From: a virus
Taxonomy: Duplodnaviria > Caudoviricetes
Direction: 5' to 3' (one strand)
IMG/VR virus record: IMGVR_UViG_3300030389_001291
Location: 1 to 59,520 of that record
Length of the DNA stretch: 59,520 bases
In this document: one piece after another, positions 37,482 through 47,539 of the stretch
How positions within the stretch are numbered: the stretch's first letter is position 1
Layout of the letters: the number at the start of each line of letters is the position of its first letter
The notes under the pieces: model-generated
Seen by the model: the letters and a program-made list of their open reading frames with translations, nothing else
Databases searched by the model: none
Told to the model about the DNA's origin: nothing
Position numbers and translations under genes: made by a program

Positions 37482-37510
37482 ATTATAATGCAATTTGCTA
37501 TCAAAGTGAA
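37482..37510 (-). promoter_or_regulatory. Sigma70-type promoter driving the curli/cyclase/lysis/ejection block
   Basis: TTCACT-TTGATAGCAAATTGCAT-TATAAT, 27/29 identical to 2252-2280. Confidence 0.7.
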
Positions 37511-37515
37511 ATCTA

Positions 37516-37791
37516 TTAATTAGCTGCTATATATGCTTTACCTGTAGTAATAGCATTTGTGCAATCAGTTTTTTTACTACTTGATGACCCTTTAACATTA
37601 GGTGTATCGTCATCACTATCAACAGGTGCGTATTCTAAAATAGTTTCTAAATGGTCAACATTTCTTTGCACCATTTCATTTATTTCAGTTTGTGTCATAC
37701 CTTCAACATTCCAACTGCCGCCATTTACGCCATTAATTAAATTAACGCTATCCATAGCGTGGTTTAAACATTCTGTTACTGTTTGTGCCAT
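37516..37791 (-). CDS. Tail-fibre-associated small protein
   Basis: 91-aa ORF directly after the fibre gene. Confidence 0.6.
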   Translation of the reverse strand: MAQTVTECLNHAMDSVNLINGVNGGSWNVEGMTQTEINEMVQRNVDHLETILEYAPVDSDDDTPNVKGSSSSKKTDCTNAITTGKAYIAAN

Positions 37792-37792
37792 T

Positions 37793-40525
37793 TTATTCTC
37801 CTTGGTTTAATTTAGCTTTTAATTCTTCTACTTGTGTAGAAAGTTCTTGTACTGCTTTAATTAATGGAAATACAAACATACTTTCACTAATCATTTGCAT
37901 ACCATCTTTTTCTTCAGACCAACCAGAAAACTCATCAATACCAAGTTTATCAAGAACTAATTTAACTTCTTGTGCGACTAAACCATGTTGTAAATCTTCT
38001 GTGTTTCTTTCTGAATGTTCACATCTAAGTTCTTCTGGTACATCTTCTTGTTTTTTCCAGTTGTATGTAACTGTTCTTAACTGATTTATAAAATCTAAAC
38101 CTAAACTATTATCTTCTATATTTTCTTTAAGTCTTTCATCTGAACTGTGTGTCCATGTAGCATTAGAACCCCATGTATTAGTAATAAATGTACTACCACT
38201 ACCAATTTTAATTGTGTTACCTGCTGTAGCACTTAAAGATGTGCCGAATGTAAATCTACTACCAGCATCGCCAGTATCAACATCATTACTAAAACCTACA
38301 GATACATTACTACTTCCTGTTGTTAATGAATCATAATTATTATGCCCAATTAAAGTATTGTTAGCACCAGTTGTAACATTCATTCCTGCCCTATGACCCA
38401 TAGCTACATTATTGCCTGATGTAGTCAAATCCTCTAAACACTCAAACCCAATAGCAATATTTGAATCACCTGTAGTACATGAAAGTAAAGAATTAGAGCC
38501 AATAGCTACATTACCACCACCTGATGTTGTTAATGCACTCATAGCTGCATAGCCTAAAGCTGTATTACTGCCACTTGTTGTACAGGCATCAAGAGCAAAA
38601 GTACCAACTGCTACATTTTGAGTTCCTGTAGTGTTTGATAATAAAGAGTTAAACCCAACTGCTACATTGTTATTTGCTGTGGTGTTTGCATTTAAGGCTT
38701 GTGAACCTAAAGCTGTATTTTGAGCTCCTGTTGTAGTTAAATCAAGAGCATGATAACCAACAGCAGTATTATTATTTGCTGTGGTATTTGCAGATAAAGC
38801 TCCTTTTCCAACTGCGGTATTTTGTGTACCTGTTGTATTTAATGTAAGAGCAACAAGACCTATAGCAGTATTATTACTTGCTGTTGTGTTGGCTTCTAAT
38901 GCTTTTTGCCCTACTGCTACATTTTGTTCTCCAGTCGTATTAGCTGCCATACAATCCATTCCAACAGCAACATTATTTTGACCTGTAGTATTCGCATTTA
39001 ATGCTGTTGAACCAACAGCCACATTTTGAGTACCTGTAGTATTTGCTTCTAAACATTTAAAACCAAGTGCTGTATTTTCATTAGCAGTTGTATTAGCTTC
39101 TAAGGCATCTTTACCTATTGCAGTATTAGATGTACCTGTAGTATTTGCACTAAGTGCTTTATAACCTACTGCTGTATTGTCTCCAGCAGTCGTGTTTGCA
39201 TCTAAAGATTTATCGCCAATAGCTGTATTTCCAGCACCAGTAGTATTTACCAGTAAAGCGTTGTACCCAACTGCTGTATTGTTATCAGCAGTTGTATTAG
39301 CATTAAGTGCTTGTGAACCTATACCTGTATTATATTGACCTGTTGTTGTTTGTTCTAACGCAGTAAAACCTACTGCTGTGTTATGGTTAGCATCATCATT
39401 ATTTTGTGTATCTAAAGCAAAGTAACCTACAGCTGTTGACCTGCTTCCTGTATCTTCTGCGTTAAGAGCATTATATCCAATAGCAACATTGAAATCACCA
39501 GTAGTGATTGCAGCACCAGCATTAGAGCCTATGGCAACATTTCTAGTTCCACCACTTGCTATTGATGCACCAGCACCATCACCTAATCTTACATTGTTAC
39601 TTCCAGGTGTGCTTGTAATAATTTGACCAACAAAAGTAGCATTACCCCCTTCTGACATATCAAGAGTAAGAGCAGTTATTTCACTAGAACCATCAATTCC
39701 ATTGAACATAATATCTTTATCTGCTACAGGTGCTAGTATTAAAAGATTATTGCTATTATCTACAAACCTGCCCCATTCTGTACCAGCGTGTTTTAATCTT
39801 ATATCTGCACCATCAGTATCAAGAATAATATCTCCACCAGCATCTATTGTAAAATCACCTGCATCCGAAATAGTAGAGCCATCAATGGTTATATCATCTA
39901 CTGTAAGTGTTGTAAGAGTTCCAAGACTTGTAATATTTGGTTGTGCTGCTGTACCAAGTGTTCCTATAATACTTTGTGCAAATGTTACTTGCCCACCATC
40001 AGCTATAGTCATGGCATCATCTCCATCAGTATATTCTATAAGAGGAGTTTGAATGGAAGAACTGGTTTCAATGATACCACTTGTTTGTAAATTTAATGCA
40101 GCAAAAGCATCTATAACTGCTGCTCCTGAACCTGCTCCATCAGAATAAACTACTCTAGTTTTACCAGAAGGTATTGTTACATTAGAACCACTACCTTGTG
40201 ATATATTTATTGATTGAGAACCTGATGTTGCATTTTCTATAATCCATACTTTAGATACAGTATTAGGTGCAATAGTAAGTGTTCTTGTAGCAGATAAACT
40301 ACCAGATGAAGTAACTTTTAAATAAAGACTTCTTACTGGGTCTGTTGCTCCATCAGCTATAGTAGTTGTTACATCAGCATCAGAACTAAAAGATGCTTCT
40401 GTGCCATAACTAAAAGCTTCTGCAATTAGTTCTAAATTTGTATTTGTAGTATCACCCCATGTTCCACTAGCATCGCCAGTAGCCATTTCGTTTAATCTTA
40501 AATCATTTACATATGAACTTGCCAT
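37793..40525 (-). CDS. Tail fibre with beta-roll repeats and a C-terminal intramolecular chaperone (peptidase S74)
   Basis: More than 20 NTAVGxxAL repeats, an SDERLKENI autocleavage motif, HGLVAQEV and a terminal coiled coil. Confidence 0.88.
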   Translation of the reverse strand: MASSYVNDLRLNEMATGDASGTWGDTTNTNLELIAEAFSYGTEASFSSDADVTTTIADGATDPVRSLYLKVTSSGSLSATRTLTIAPNTVSKVWIIENATSGSQSINISQGSGSNVTIPSGKTRVVYSDGAGSGAAVIDAFAALNLQTSGIIETSSSIQTPLIEYTDGDDAMTIADGGQVTFAQSIIGTLGTAAQPNITSLGTLTTLTVDDITIDGSTISDAGDFTIDAGGDIILDTDGADIRLKHAGTEWGRFVDNSNNLLILAPVADKDIMFNGIDGSSEITALTLDMSEGGNATFVGQIITSTPGSNNVRLGDGAGASIASGGTRNVAIGSNAGAAITTGDFNVAIGYNALNAEDTGSRSTAVGYFALDTQNNDDANHNTAVGFTALEQTTTGQYNTGIGSQALNANTTADNNTAVGYNALLVNTTGAGNTAIGDKSLDANTTAGDNTAVGYKALSANTTGTSNTAIGKDALEANTTANENTALGFKCLEANTTGTQNVAVGSTALNANTTGQNNVAVGMDCMAANTTGEQNVAVGQKALEANTTASNNTAIGLVALTLNTTGTQNTAVGKGALSANTTANNNTAVGYHALDLTTTGAQNTALGSQALNANTTANNNVAVGFNSLLSNTTGTQNVAVGTFALDACTTSGSNTALGYAAMSALTTSGGGNVAIGSNSLLSCTTGDSNIAIGFECLEDLTTSGNNVAMGHRAGMNVTTGANNTLIGHNNYDSLTTGSSNVSVGFSNDVDTGDAGSRFTFGTSLSATAGNTIKIGSGSTFITNTWGSNATWTHSSDERLKENIEDNSLGLDFINQLRTVTYNWKKQEDVPEELRCEHSERNTEDLQHGLVAQEVKLVLDKLGIDEFSGWSEEKDGMQMISESMFVFPLIKAVQELSTQVEELKAKLNQGE

Positions 40526-40544
40526 AATTTTTCCCTTTTATTAA

Positions 40545-41240
40545 TTAAGCTACTTCACTCCAATCTGGAGTTTGTGAAGTAGAAACTTCTGAATAACTTG
40601 CTGTTTGTGTAGTTGATATATCTTGATAGTCTGGTATTTGTGTATCATTAATAATAGTCCAGATATTAACACCTTGTATTTGACCAGTACCAAATACTCC
40701 TGTTATATCAACAACTGATTTAGTTATTACTGTTTCATTACCTAGTGTTGTTGTACCTACTAAACCAGTAACTGATAATATATTAACACTTATTGTACTA
40801 ACTGTTCCTAATGAACTTGTAGCACTTAAACCTGTAAGAGATACAGTAGCTCCTGCAGAAACTGATTCATCACCAAGTGTTCCTACTGAAGCAGAACCAG
40901 ATACGCCTGTTACTGCAGCACCTGCTGTAATAGCATTACCAAGTGCTGATGTACCTGCTAATCCTGTTGTAGATGTATTTGCACTTGCTGCAACTGTTTC
41001 ACTACCTAAAGCTGATGTACCTACATTTCCTGTAACAGATATATTAGCTACACCAATAACAGTTTCGCTACCAAGTGCTGATGTTGCACTTACTCCAGTT
41101 ACACTAACTAAAGCTTTTGCTATTACTGTTTCGTTACCAAGTGCAGTAGTTCCTGAAACTCCAGTAACAACAACTGGTATAGGTTCACCCCAAGTAAGTT
41201 GTCCCCAGGTCCCTCGACCCCAACCAGTTATATTAGCCAT
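40545..41240 (-). CDS. Structural protein (Thr/Ser/Gly repeats)
   Basis: WGRGTWG start and about 24-aa VTGVSATSALGxE repeats. Confidence 0.7.
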   Translation of the reverse strand: MANITGWGRGTWGQLTWGEPIPVVVTGVSGTTALGNETVIAKALVSVTGVSATSALGSETVIGVANISVTGNVGTSALGSETVAASANTSTTGLAGTSALGNAITAGAAVTGVSGSASVGTLGDESVSAGATVSLTGLSATSSLGTVSTISVNILSVTGLVGTTTLGNETVITKSVVDITGVFGTGQIQGVNIWTIINDTQIPDYQDISTTQTASYSEVSTSQTPDWSEVA

Positions 41241-41246
41241 AGGCTA

Positions 41247-41678
41247 CTAAGCTATTCTTATAATAGCATTTGAAGCATCTGCTGTAGGAAACTGTATAGT
41301 AAAATCTCCTGCTGTTGATGTTTTATCGCCACCAAAAGCTAATACAGCAACTGCTGGGTCTCCTGAAGCACTATCATTAAATATTAAAGCTCCATTAGCA
41401 GTTATAGTAGCTGTACTAAATGTTAAATCTGCAAAGTCTGTTAAAGCAGTTGTGCCTGAAGTTGATGGGTCAACTCTAGTTAAAGTACCGCCTTTAGCTG
41501 AATAACCTGTACCACTAACTTCATTAGAAGTAGTATATGCAGTAGTAGAAGCATCTAATGATGCTGAACTTGTATATAGTGCTAATTGAAAAGTACTACC
41601 ACCACTATTTTTAAAATTATGTACACCTTCTAATAATTCTTTTTTAAATGAAGTACACATTGCTTGTGAAATTGCCAT
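41247..41678 (-). CDS. Conserved virion structural protein
   Basis: MAISQAMCTSFKKELL...FQLALYTS pattern. Confidence 0.7.
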   Translation of the reverse strand: MAISQAMCTSFKKELLEGVHNFKNSGGSTFQLALYTSSASLDASTTAYTTSNEVSGTGYSAKGGTLTRVDPSTSGTTALTDFADLTFSTATITANGALIFNDSASGDPAVAVLAFGGDKTSTAGDFTIQFPTADASNAIIRIA

Positions 41679-41968
41679 TAAAGTCTCCTTATAATATCAG
41701 CCATATCTTTATGACCTTGTTTTTGTAATAATCCTGCTACAGTAGCTCTATCACTAGCTATAGCTTGTTTTAAATATAAAAGTACAACTTGTGTCATACT
41801 ATCTTTAAATGCTTGTGCTTGTGCTTTAACCATAGGGTCAGCATTATCACTAATAGATATTAGTCTATCTATAATTCTTTCAGTCCAATATTCAGGACTT
41901 AAACCTTTGTTATTAGTAGTTTTAACATTTATATCACCAACATTACTTGTTATATCTACACTAAACAT
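41678..41968 (-). CDS. Hypothetical protein
   Basis: 96-aa coupled ORF. Confidence 0.65.
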   Translation of the reverse strand: MFSVDITSNVGDINVKTTNNKGLSPEYWTERIIDRLISISDNADPMVKAQAQAFKDSMTQVVLLYLKQAIASDRATVAGLLQKQGHKDMADIIRRL

Positions 41969-42609
41969 TATGTTACCTGTTGTCTTACAGGACCAGTCCT
42001 ATAATTATCTTTAGTATTTTTACCTTCGGCAAATACTTTTAACCTTGCTATAGCTTCTTGAAACCTTTTATCATAGTTAGCCATAACATCAGCTTCTCCT
42101 TTCATAAAAGTATATGCTTCAACTAATGAGCCATATAATAAACAATCTGGTGCATTTGTACCTAAATAACTTGTACCATCACTACTTGTTGTAATAGATG
42201 TTGGTCTATATTCATAATGTAGTTCTGCTGTAAAATTTGCATTAGGTGTTGGTGCTACAATAAAACTATCTTCATCAAATCTAGCATAATATTTAGGAAC
42301 ACCAGTTGTAGAACTATTAGGATATGCTTCTCTTATAAAAGCTACATCTTTAAATAATAAATATTCGTAACCACTATTATCTACTGCTAATGAATGTGAA
42401 GATAAAAAGTCTGTAGGTGTTGATAAATACTGATTGCCAGATGTTAAAGTACCTGTAACATTTTTTCTAAATACTGGTAATGATACAAGTTTTTGTATTC
42501 TATCTTCTGTATTAACAATAAATTCATCTAAATTATTTACAAAAGTAGTTTCTGTATTATTAGTATAGTCTTGTATTGCTGTTTTTAATGTTGTAAATGT
42601 CCAAGCCAT
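41968..42609 (-). CDS. Head-tail adaptor-like protein
   Basis: LKTAIQDY, GVPKYYA, APTP and LLYGSLVEAY pattern. Confidence 0.7.
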   Translation of the reverse strand: MAWTFTTLKTAIQDYTNNTETTFVNNLDEFIVNTEDRIQKLVSLPVFRKNVTGTLTSGNQYLSTPTDFLSSHSLAVDNSGYEYLLFKDVAFIREAYPNSSTTGVPKYYARFDEDSFIVAPTPNANFTAELHYEYRPTSITTSSDGTSYLGTNAPDCLLYGSLVEAYTFMKGEADVMANYDKRFQEAIARLKVFAEGKNTKDNYRTGPVRQQVT

Positions 42610-42923
42610 TATTCTGTACTCACTTTAACTGTTCCTATTTTTGTTCTTAAAACTAAACCTGTACCTGCTACAGGGTCAAAACCATAATATTCAGTAGATG
42701 ATTTTTTACCTCTATCAGGTCTTGGATTATATAACGCTTGATTATCTGATGTATCTATCTCACCAATCTTTAATTGTGGATGGTCTATATCAAAACAATC
42801 ATCACAAACTCTTAATCCATTACGAATACCATCTTCTATTTCATATCTTAAATCTTTTAACTTATAGGTAAATCCACATCTATCACAATCACCTAAAGCT
42901 TTTTTTCCAACAGCGTAACTCAT
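42609..42923 (-). CDS. Zn-finger hypothetical protein
   Basis: CDRCGF...CDDCFD. Confidence 0.7.
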   Translation of the reverse strand: MSYAVGKKALGDCDRCGFTYKLKDLRYEIEDGIRNGLRVCDDCFDIDHPQLKIGEIDTSDNQALYNPRPDRGKKSSTEYYGFDPVAGTGLVLRTKIGTVKVSTE

Positions 42924-43615
42924 CTATAAACATTCATATCAGGAACAAATTTTACAGGTGCTTTTTCTCTATCAGCATCACTAACATCATTCCAAAGTTC
43001 ATCATATCTTTGTTTAATTATACCTATTCTATTTTGTGCTTCAGGTATTTTATTAGCTAAATTAAAAGCTAAAGCATATGTAAGGCATGGTAAATATCTA
43101 CTAGGTACATCTGCATTATTACTTGCTACATTACCTGCATCTTCTATTCTTTGAATATAGTCATAAACTAAAGTATATGTTTCTGCAGAATCAGGTGTTG
43201 CCCATAGCACTATACTATTAGAACTTGTACCTTTATCTACAAAAAATTGTGTTGGTTTAGATTGTAATAATTTACTAGCTTGATGATTATATTCTGTTCT
43301 TGATATTCTATTTAATCTTTGGTCAAATTGATTATCTGTATCACCTGCATCAGTTCTTATAAAAGCATCTACAACTTCTAAAGCACTAGATTCTAAAGTA
43401 TATGTATTTGTACCAGCAGTTAGTGTTTGTGTAGCTTGTTCTATTTTCCAAAGATTTAAACCTTTATTTTGCCACTCTAAAAAAATAAGATTAAGAGCTC
43501 TTTTAGCTCCTTTATAATCATAACCAGAACGCATTTCACTACCACATATATCATAGGCTTCTTCCATAATATCGCCTAAATCTAATGTAAATGTTGTTGT
43601 TCCACTTGTTGCCAT
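42920..43615 (-). CDS. Head-tail adaptor / tail tubular-like protein
   Basis: ALNLIFLEWQNKGLNLW and YLPCLTYALA, positioned after the head genes. Confidence 0.7.
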   Translation of the reverse strand: MATSGTTTFTLDLGDIMEEAYDICGSEMRSGYDYKGAKRALNLIFLEWQNKGLNLWKIEQATQTLTAGTNTYTLESSALEVVDAFIRTDAGDTDNQFDQRLNRISRTEYNHQASKLLQSKPTQFFVDKGTSSNSIVLWATPDSAETYTLVYDYIQRIEDAGNVASNNADVPSRYLPCLTYALAFNLANKIPEAQNRIGIIKQRYDELWNDVSDADREKAPVKFVPDMNVYR

Positions 43616-43902
43616 TATTTACCTTTCTTTTTTCTAATTGCTTCTTTACCTTTTTTAGCTATAGCTGCTTGTTTAGTTTTACCCGCAACTTTAGCTCTTT
43701 GTTCTAATACAGTTAATATTTGTATTTTACGAGCAAAAGGTTTATTTATTCTTTTAACTTTTGCTACAGTTGCTCTAGCATCTGCTGGAGTTTTAAATTT
43801 AATACTAACTGTATCTTTTGGATTTTCATCAGTATATAACCTACGACCTGAGCCTTTAGGTTTTTTACCTGTTCCTACTTTAGGGTCTCTACGCTTTCTC
43901 AA
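43615..43902 (-). CDS. Small basic protein
   Basis: GTGKKPKGSGRRLYTDENPKDTV. Confidence 0.7.
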   Translation of the reverse strand: MRKRRDPKVGTGKKPKGSGRRLYTDENPKDTVSIKFKTPADARATVAKVKRINKPFARKIQILTVLEQRAKVAGKTKQAAIAKKGKEAIRKKKGK

Positions 43903-44193
43903 TTAACACTTCCACCTTCTACGAGCTTGTCTAATTCTTGAATTAGGGTCGTTTCTAGTTTTAGCTGAACTGCGTTTAAGTTGTCCTAAAGACCTTGCAC
44001 AGTAAGACTTTCTGCGTTTTGCAGCCTTACTACCTTTTTTTACTTTACCTGTTACTGCTGTTTTTAACTTAGAACCAGGATTTAAACGCCTATAAGCTTT
44101 TACACCAGCTTTAGTCATACCAGCACCAGATTTAGTAGAACGAAAGTTCTTTTTATTTCTAGGAGGCATTTTAGCCTGTTTTCTCATAGGCAT
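43903..44193 (-). CDS. Small basic protein
   Basis: NPGSKLKTAVTG...RRKSYCARS...ARRRWKC. Confidence 0.7.
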   Translation of the reverse strand: MPMRKQAKMPPRNKKNFRSTKSGAGMTKAGVKAYRRLNPGSKLKTAVTGKVKKGSKAAKRRKSYCARSLGQLKRSSAKTRNDPNSRIRQARRRWKC

Positions 44194-44202
44194 AATTATA
44201 AG

Positions 44203-44598
44203 TTAAGACTTACCGCCTTTAGCATAGCTTTTAGTTTTCATGGTTCTTTTACCACCACGCATACCACCTTTAGTTTTCATGGTTCTTTTACCACCACGCA
44301 TACCACCTTTAGTTTTTATCATGCGTTTTGTGTTTTTACCACCTCGCATACCACCTTTGGTTTTCATGGTTCTTTTACCACCAGCCATACCACCTTTGGT
44401 TGTCATAGGTCTTTTACCCATTTCAACTTTTTTACCTGCAGCATAACCTTTGTTTTCTATAGGTTTGTCATTAGTCATTCTAGTATTCATACCCATACTA
44501 AACATTCTTTTGACATATTGTTTATTAGATTCAGCTCCGATTTCAGTTGTTTTTGGTCGTCTGCCTCCAGCCATACCACCTTTTGGTTTTATTTTCAT
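44203..44598 (-). CDS. Basic repeat protein (KRTMKTKGGMRGG)n
   Basis: 131 aa with 13-aa repeats. Confidence 0.7.
   Translation of the reverse strand: MKIKPKGGMAGGRRPKTTEIGAESNKQYVKRMFSMGMNTRMTNDKPIENKGYAAGKKVEMGKRPMTTKGGMAGGKRTMKTKGGMRGGKNTKRMIKTKGGMRGGKRTMKTKGGMRGGKRTMKTKSYAKGGKS
44230..44420. repeat. Coding tandem repeat, ~39-bp unit
   Basis: TTTTCATGGTTCTTTTACCACCACGCATACCACCTTTAG-like units, 4-5 imperfect copies. Confidence 0.8.
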
Positions 44599-44609
44599 AA
44601 TTAATTACC

Positions 44610-44915
44610 TTATTTAGATGCAGCTTTTTTAGGTCGCCCCTTTTTTTTAGCTGCGGGTTTTTTAGTTGTTTTCTTTTTTGGTTTTTTACCACCAACATAA
44701 GCTTCATTTACATCAGGAGTTGATGGGTCATCAGCTACATAATGACCTTTGTCATTTCTAGCTCTAACACCATTCATCTCATCACATTTGCGTTGTGCAT
44801 CTGCTAAATCTGGGTCTGGACCAAATATTGGTCTCCATATACCATCATCTGAAGATTCTAAAACTTTATATTGTGGTGGAAATTCACCTGTTTCTGATAT
44901 TATATAATTTGCCAT
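44610..44915 (-). CDS. Hypothetical protein with a basic tail
   Basis: ADDPSTPDVNEAY followed by a KKKGRPKK tail. Confidence 0.7.
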   Translation of the reverse strand: MANYIISETGEFPPQYKVLESSDDGIWRPIFGPDPDLADAQRKCDEMNGVRARNDKGHYVADDPSTPDVNEAYVGGKKPKKKTTKKPAAKKKGRPKKAASK

Positions 44916-44927
44916 AATAAATCCTAA

Positions 44928-45335
44928 TTAATCAGAATATACTTTAACCATCTCTAAAACGATAGAATAAGTATCTCCTGAAGAGTGTCCTTTAGTAGTA
45001 AACAAAATATCTCCTGTTTTACCACTACCTGCATTATTTGGTAAACCACCAAAGTCTTTAAAGTCCATATGTCCATTACTACTTTCAGCAAGTTCCATTA
45101 AAAGAACATTACTTGTAGCGTCTAAAAATAATTGAACAGACATACCTACAATAGCATGGCTAATTCGCATTACTCTAACTTCAGAACAAGCTGTACCTGC
45201 TGAGTTAGAAGCCAAGGCAGATACATCTACCTTGGCTACTGCTGATTCTCCTGTGCCATCGCTGACATTGGTAAATTTCATAACGCAATTTCTTTCACCA
45301 TCTATTATGGTTTGTGTTGTTACTGCATCAGCCAT
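44928..45335 (-). CDS. Structural protein
   Basis: 135-aa beta-rich ORF after the capsid genes, with an AGGAG SD. Confidence 0.7.
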   Translation of the reverse strand: MADAVTTQTIIDGERNCVMKFTNVSDGTGESAVAKVDVSALASNSAGTACSEVRVMRISHAIVGMSVQLFLDATSNVLLMELAESSNGHMDFKDFGGLPNNAGSGKTGDILFTTKGHSSGDTYSIVLEMVKVYSD

Positions 45336-45348
45336 AATTTATCTCCTA

Positions 45349-45855
45349 TTAAGCATCAGCAAATGGAGTTACTAAAGTGCCTGAACCTAAAATGATTCCT
45401 TCTACAGCGTATTTAGCACTACCCATTGCAGTTACCTTAATAATACTACCTGCTAATCCACCTTTAGTTGAGCCATTTAATGTAATAACATCATTAGATG
45501 CACCAGAAATAAATGTTTTACCTGTAGCATCATCAACTCCTGTATATAAACCACCTACAAATTTATCTGTACCATCTGTAAGTATATCCATATCAGTAGC
45601 TGCTGTTTCTACTACAAAAAAGAAAGATGCACCTAAATTATTTGTTTGATTTGGGTCTCCATCTTCACCTGGAGCTGTTGCTACTATGCTAGGTAAAGTA
45701 AACTTACCATCAGCATCATTACAAGTTAATATTTTTCCTGCGTGTGCTGCAACAGTAAGTGTAGTATCTGCTGTTAAGCTAACTACATTTGCATTACCTG
45801 CTGATATAAATCCTGCTAATGACTTAACTGGACCTGAAAATGTTGTTTTTGCCAT
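45349..45855 (-). CDS. Minor head / decoration-like protein
   Basis: MAKTTFSGPVKS N-terminus, follows the major capsid gene. Confidence 0.65.
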   Translation of the reverse strand: MAKTTFSGPVKSLAGFISAGNANVVSLTADTTLTVAAHAGKILTCNDADGKFTLPSIVATAPGEDGDPNQTNNLGASFFFVVETAATDMDILTDGTDKFVGGLYTGVDDATGKTFISGASNDVITLNGSTKGGLAGSIIKVTAMGSAKYAVEGIILGSGTLVTPFADA

Positions 45856-45949
45856 AATTTTCTCCTCGAAAATAAGTTCTATCGTCTTGGCTTGTCTGCT
45901 AGGTCAGTCTATAGAACAATTAAAAATCCTAGATATTAATAATATAACA

Positions 45950-45978
45950 TAAAAAAAAGGGGAGCGTGTGCTCCCCTT
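45950..45978 (-). terminator. Terminator after the major capsid gene
   Basis: AAGGGGAGC-gtgt-GCTCCCCTT hairpin with a T run on the minus strand. Confidence 0.85.
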
Positions 45979-45986
45979 AACAGTTC

Positions 45987-46901
45987 TTACGAACTACCTG
46001 GTGAACCAAAGATACCTAGTGGGTCAGATACACCGAAAGAATATCTTTCTCTCGCTTTATATCTAACATTACCAGTATCGAAGTCTCCATCCATAGTAGT
46101 AGTCATAGGAGCTCTAACAAAATGCTTCATTCCATCTGGAACATCTGTTGTGATAAAGAAAGCATTTGTATCAGTTAAATAATGATTAACTGAATAACCT
46201 TCTGGTATCACACCATTAGTTTTTACTGCATTTATGTCATTGTCAGCAGTTCCTACTCTATAATCACTTTGTAACAATCTAGTTGCTACAAACTGTAAAT
46301 CACTAGGAATAATAAGCTTTCTAGCTTTTGCTGCAATTTTTAGACCTCTTTCATCAGTCCATTTGCCAATTTGAATGATTGCATCTTCTAAAGATGTTTC
46401 ATTTAAATCTGCACCTGTTGATGGTCTATTACTATTGGTACTGCCGTTTACAAGCGGATGAGCTGTGCTAAATAAAGCGACACCATCACCAGAAGAAAAA
46501 GTAGTTGAGAATCCATTATTTAATGGAAACGCTGCTTTTACTTGCTTTGTATAAGACATAGCTCTAGCTAATGCTTTAGTATATCTAGCTGATACTGATA
46601 CATAGAGGTTATCCTCCATAGCTTCTTCAGTAATACTAAATCCTAAACCAATAGTTTCGTGAGTATATCTTGCGACAAAAGATTCTTGTGCTGTATCGTA
46701 AACGATAGCAGAACCTTCATCTTTGACTGGAGCTGCTCCAAAACCAGATAACTTTAACTCTTCTTCGAAACTTCTTTCTGAGTTTTCAGTTACATAGATT
46801 TCTTCATGCTCGTTCTCATAACGATTATATTCTTCTCCGAATAATGCGTTAAGACCAGGTAAGAGTTGTTTTAACTCGTTAGCTCTTGAAATAGCTGCCA
46901 T
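45987..46901 (-). CDS. Major capsid protein
   Basis: 304 aa with LLPGLNALFG, FSITEEAMEDNLY and FDTGNVRYKARERYSFG, followed by a terminator. Confidence 0.88.
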   Translation of the reverse strand: MAAISRANELKQLLPGLNALFGEEYNRYENEHEEIYVTENSERSFEEELKLSGFGAAPVKDEGSAIVYDTAQESFVARYTHETIGLGFSITEEAMEDNLYVSVSARYTKALARAMSYTKQVKAAFPLNNGFSTTFSSGDGVALFSTAHPLVNGSTNSNRPSTGADLNETSLEDAIIQIGKWTDERGLKIAAKARKLIIPSDLQFVATRLLQSDYRVGTADNDINAVKTNGVIPEGYSVNHYLTDTNAFFITTDVPDGMKHFVRAPMTTTMDGDFDTGNVRYKARERYSFGVSDPLGIFGSPGSS

Positions 46902-46913
46902 AATTTATCTCCC

Positions 46914-47501
46914 TTAACCTATACCTGTTGTATTTAACAACTGGTGTCCGACATTAAACATTACTAATACATCTGTGAAAGAATCACCAACTGCACTATC
47001 TGGTCCATCAACAAAGTCAACGATTTTTAAAGGTAGTGTGTTAGTGGTTGCTACAGTAGATATATCAACCGAATTTTTGCTAGTACCTATCGATGTACTT
47101 CCTGCAGTTTGCACAACAGCACAGTTCTTACCAAGGTCATCTTGGTCGGCTGCACCATCACATTGCATTTGCATAAGTATAAATGGGTCAGTAGCAACAT
47201 AAGCTACAATATCATCTGCAGCAGTTGATGCTGGATAATATTGATTTGGCGTAAATTGGTTTGTATTTGGGTCTGTGTAAGCACAACCAAGGAACACACC
47301 AATAGGTGTTAAAGCTGTTGTACCAGTATCTTTTTGGATAGTGGTATTAGGGTTATCATCACCCCACTTTACGAAATCGCCATAAAATATGGATGTACCA
47401 TACGCATTTTTAATTTTGTAATGTGTAACTTTTCCTTGATAGGGACTTCCAACTACAGTACCAACTGGTCTGGCTCCATGTGGAGCTGCACTTGATGCCA
47501 T
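46914..47501 (-). CDS. Capsid decoration/cement-like protein
   Basis: 195-aa beta-rich ORF immediately upstream of the capsid gene. Confidence 0.65.
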   Translation of the reverse strand: MASSAAPHGARPVGTVVGSPYQGKVTHYKIKNAYGTSIFYGDFVKWGDDNPNTTIQKDTGTTALTPIGVFLGCAYTDPNTNQFTPNQYYPASTAADDIVAYVATDPFILMQMQCDGAADQDDLGKNCAVVQTAGSTSIGTSKNSVDISTVATTNTLPLKIVDFVDGPDSAVGDSFTDVLVMFNVGHQLLNTTGIG

Positions 47502-47539
47502 AATTTTCTCCTAAAAAAAAATATTAATATATCAAGATA

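Noticed and set aside
37793-40525. Diversity-generating retroelement acting on the tail fibre
   Set aside because: No reverse transcriptase and no template/variable repeat pair were seen. The repeats are ordinary beta-roll units.
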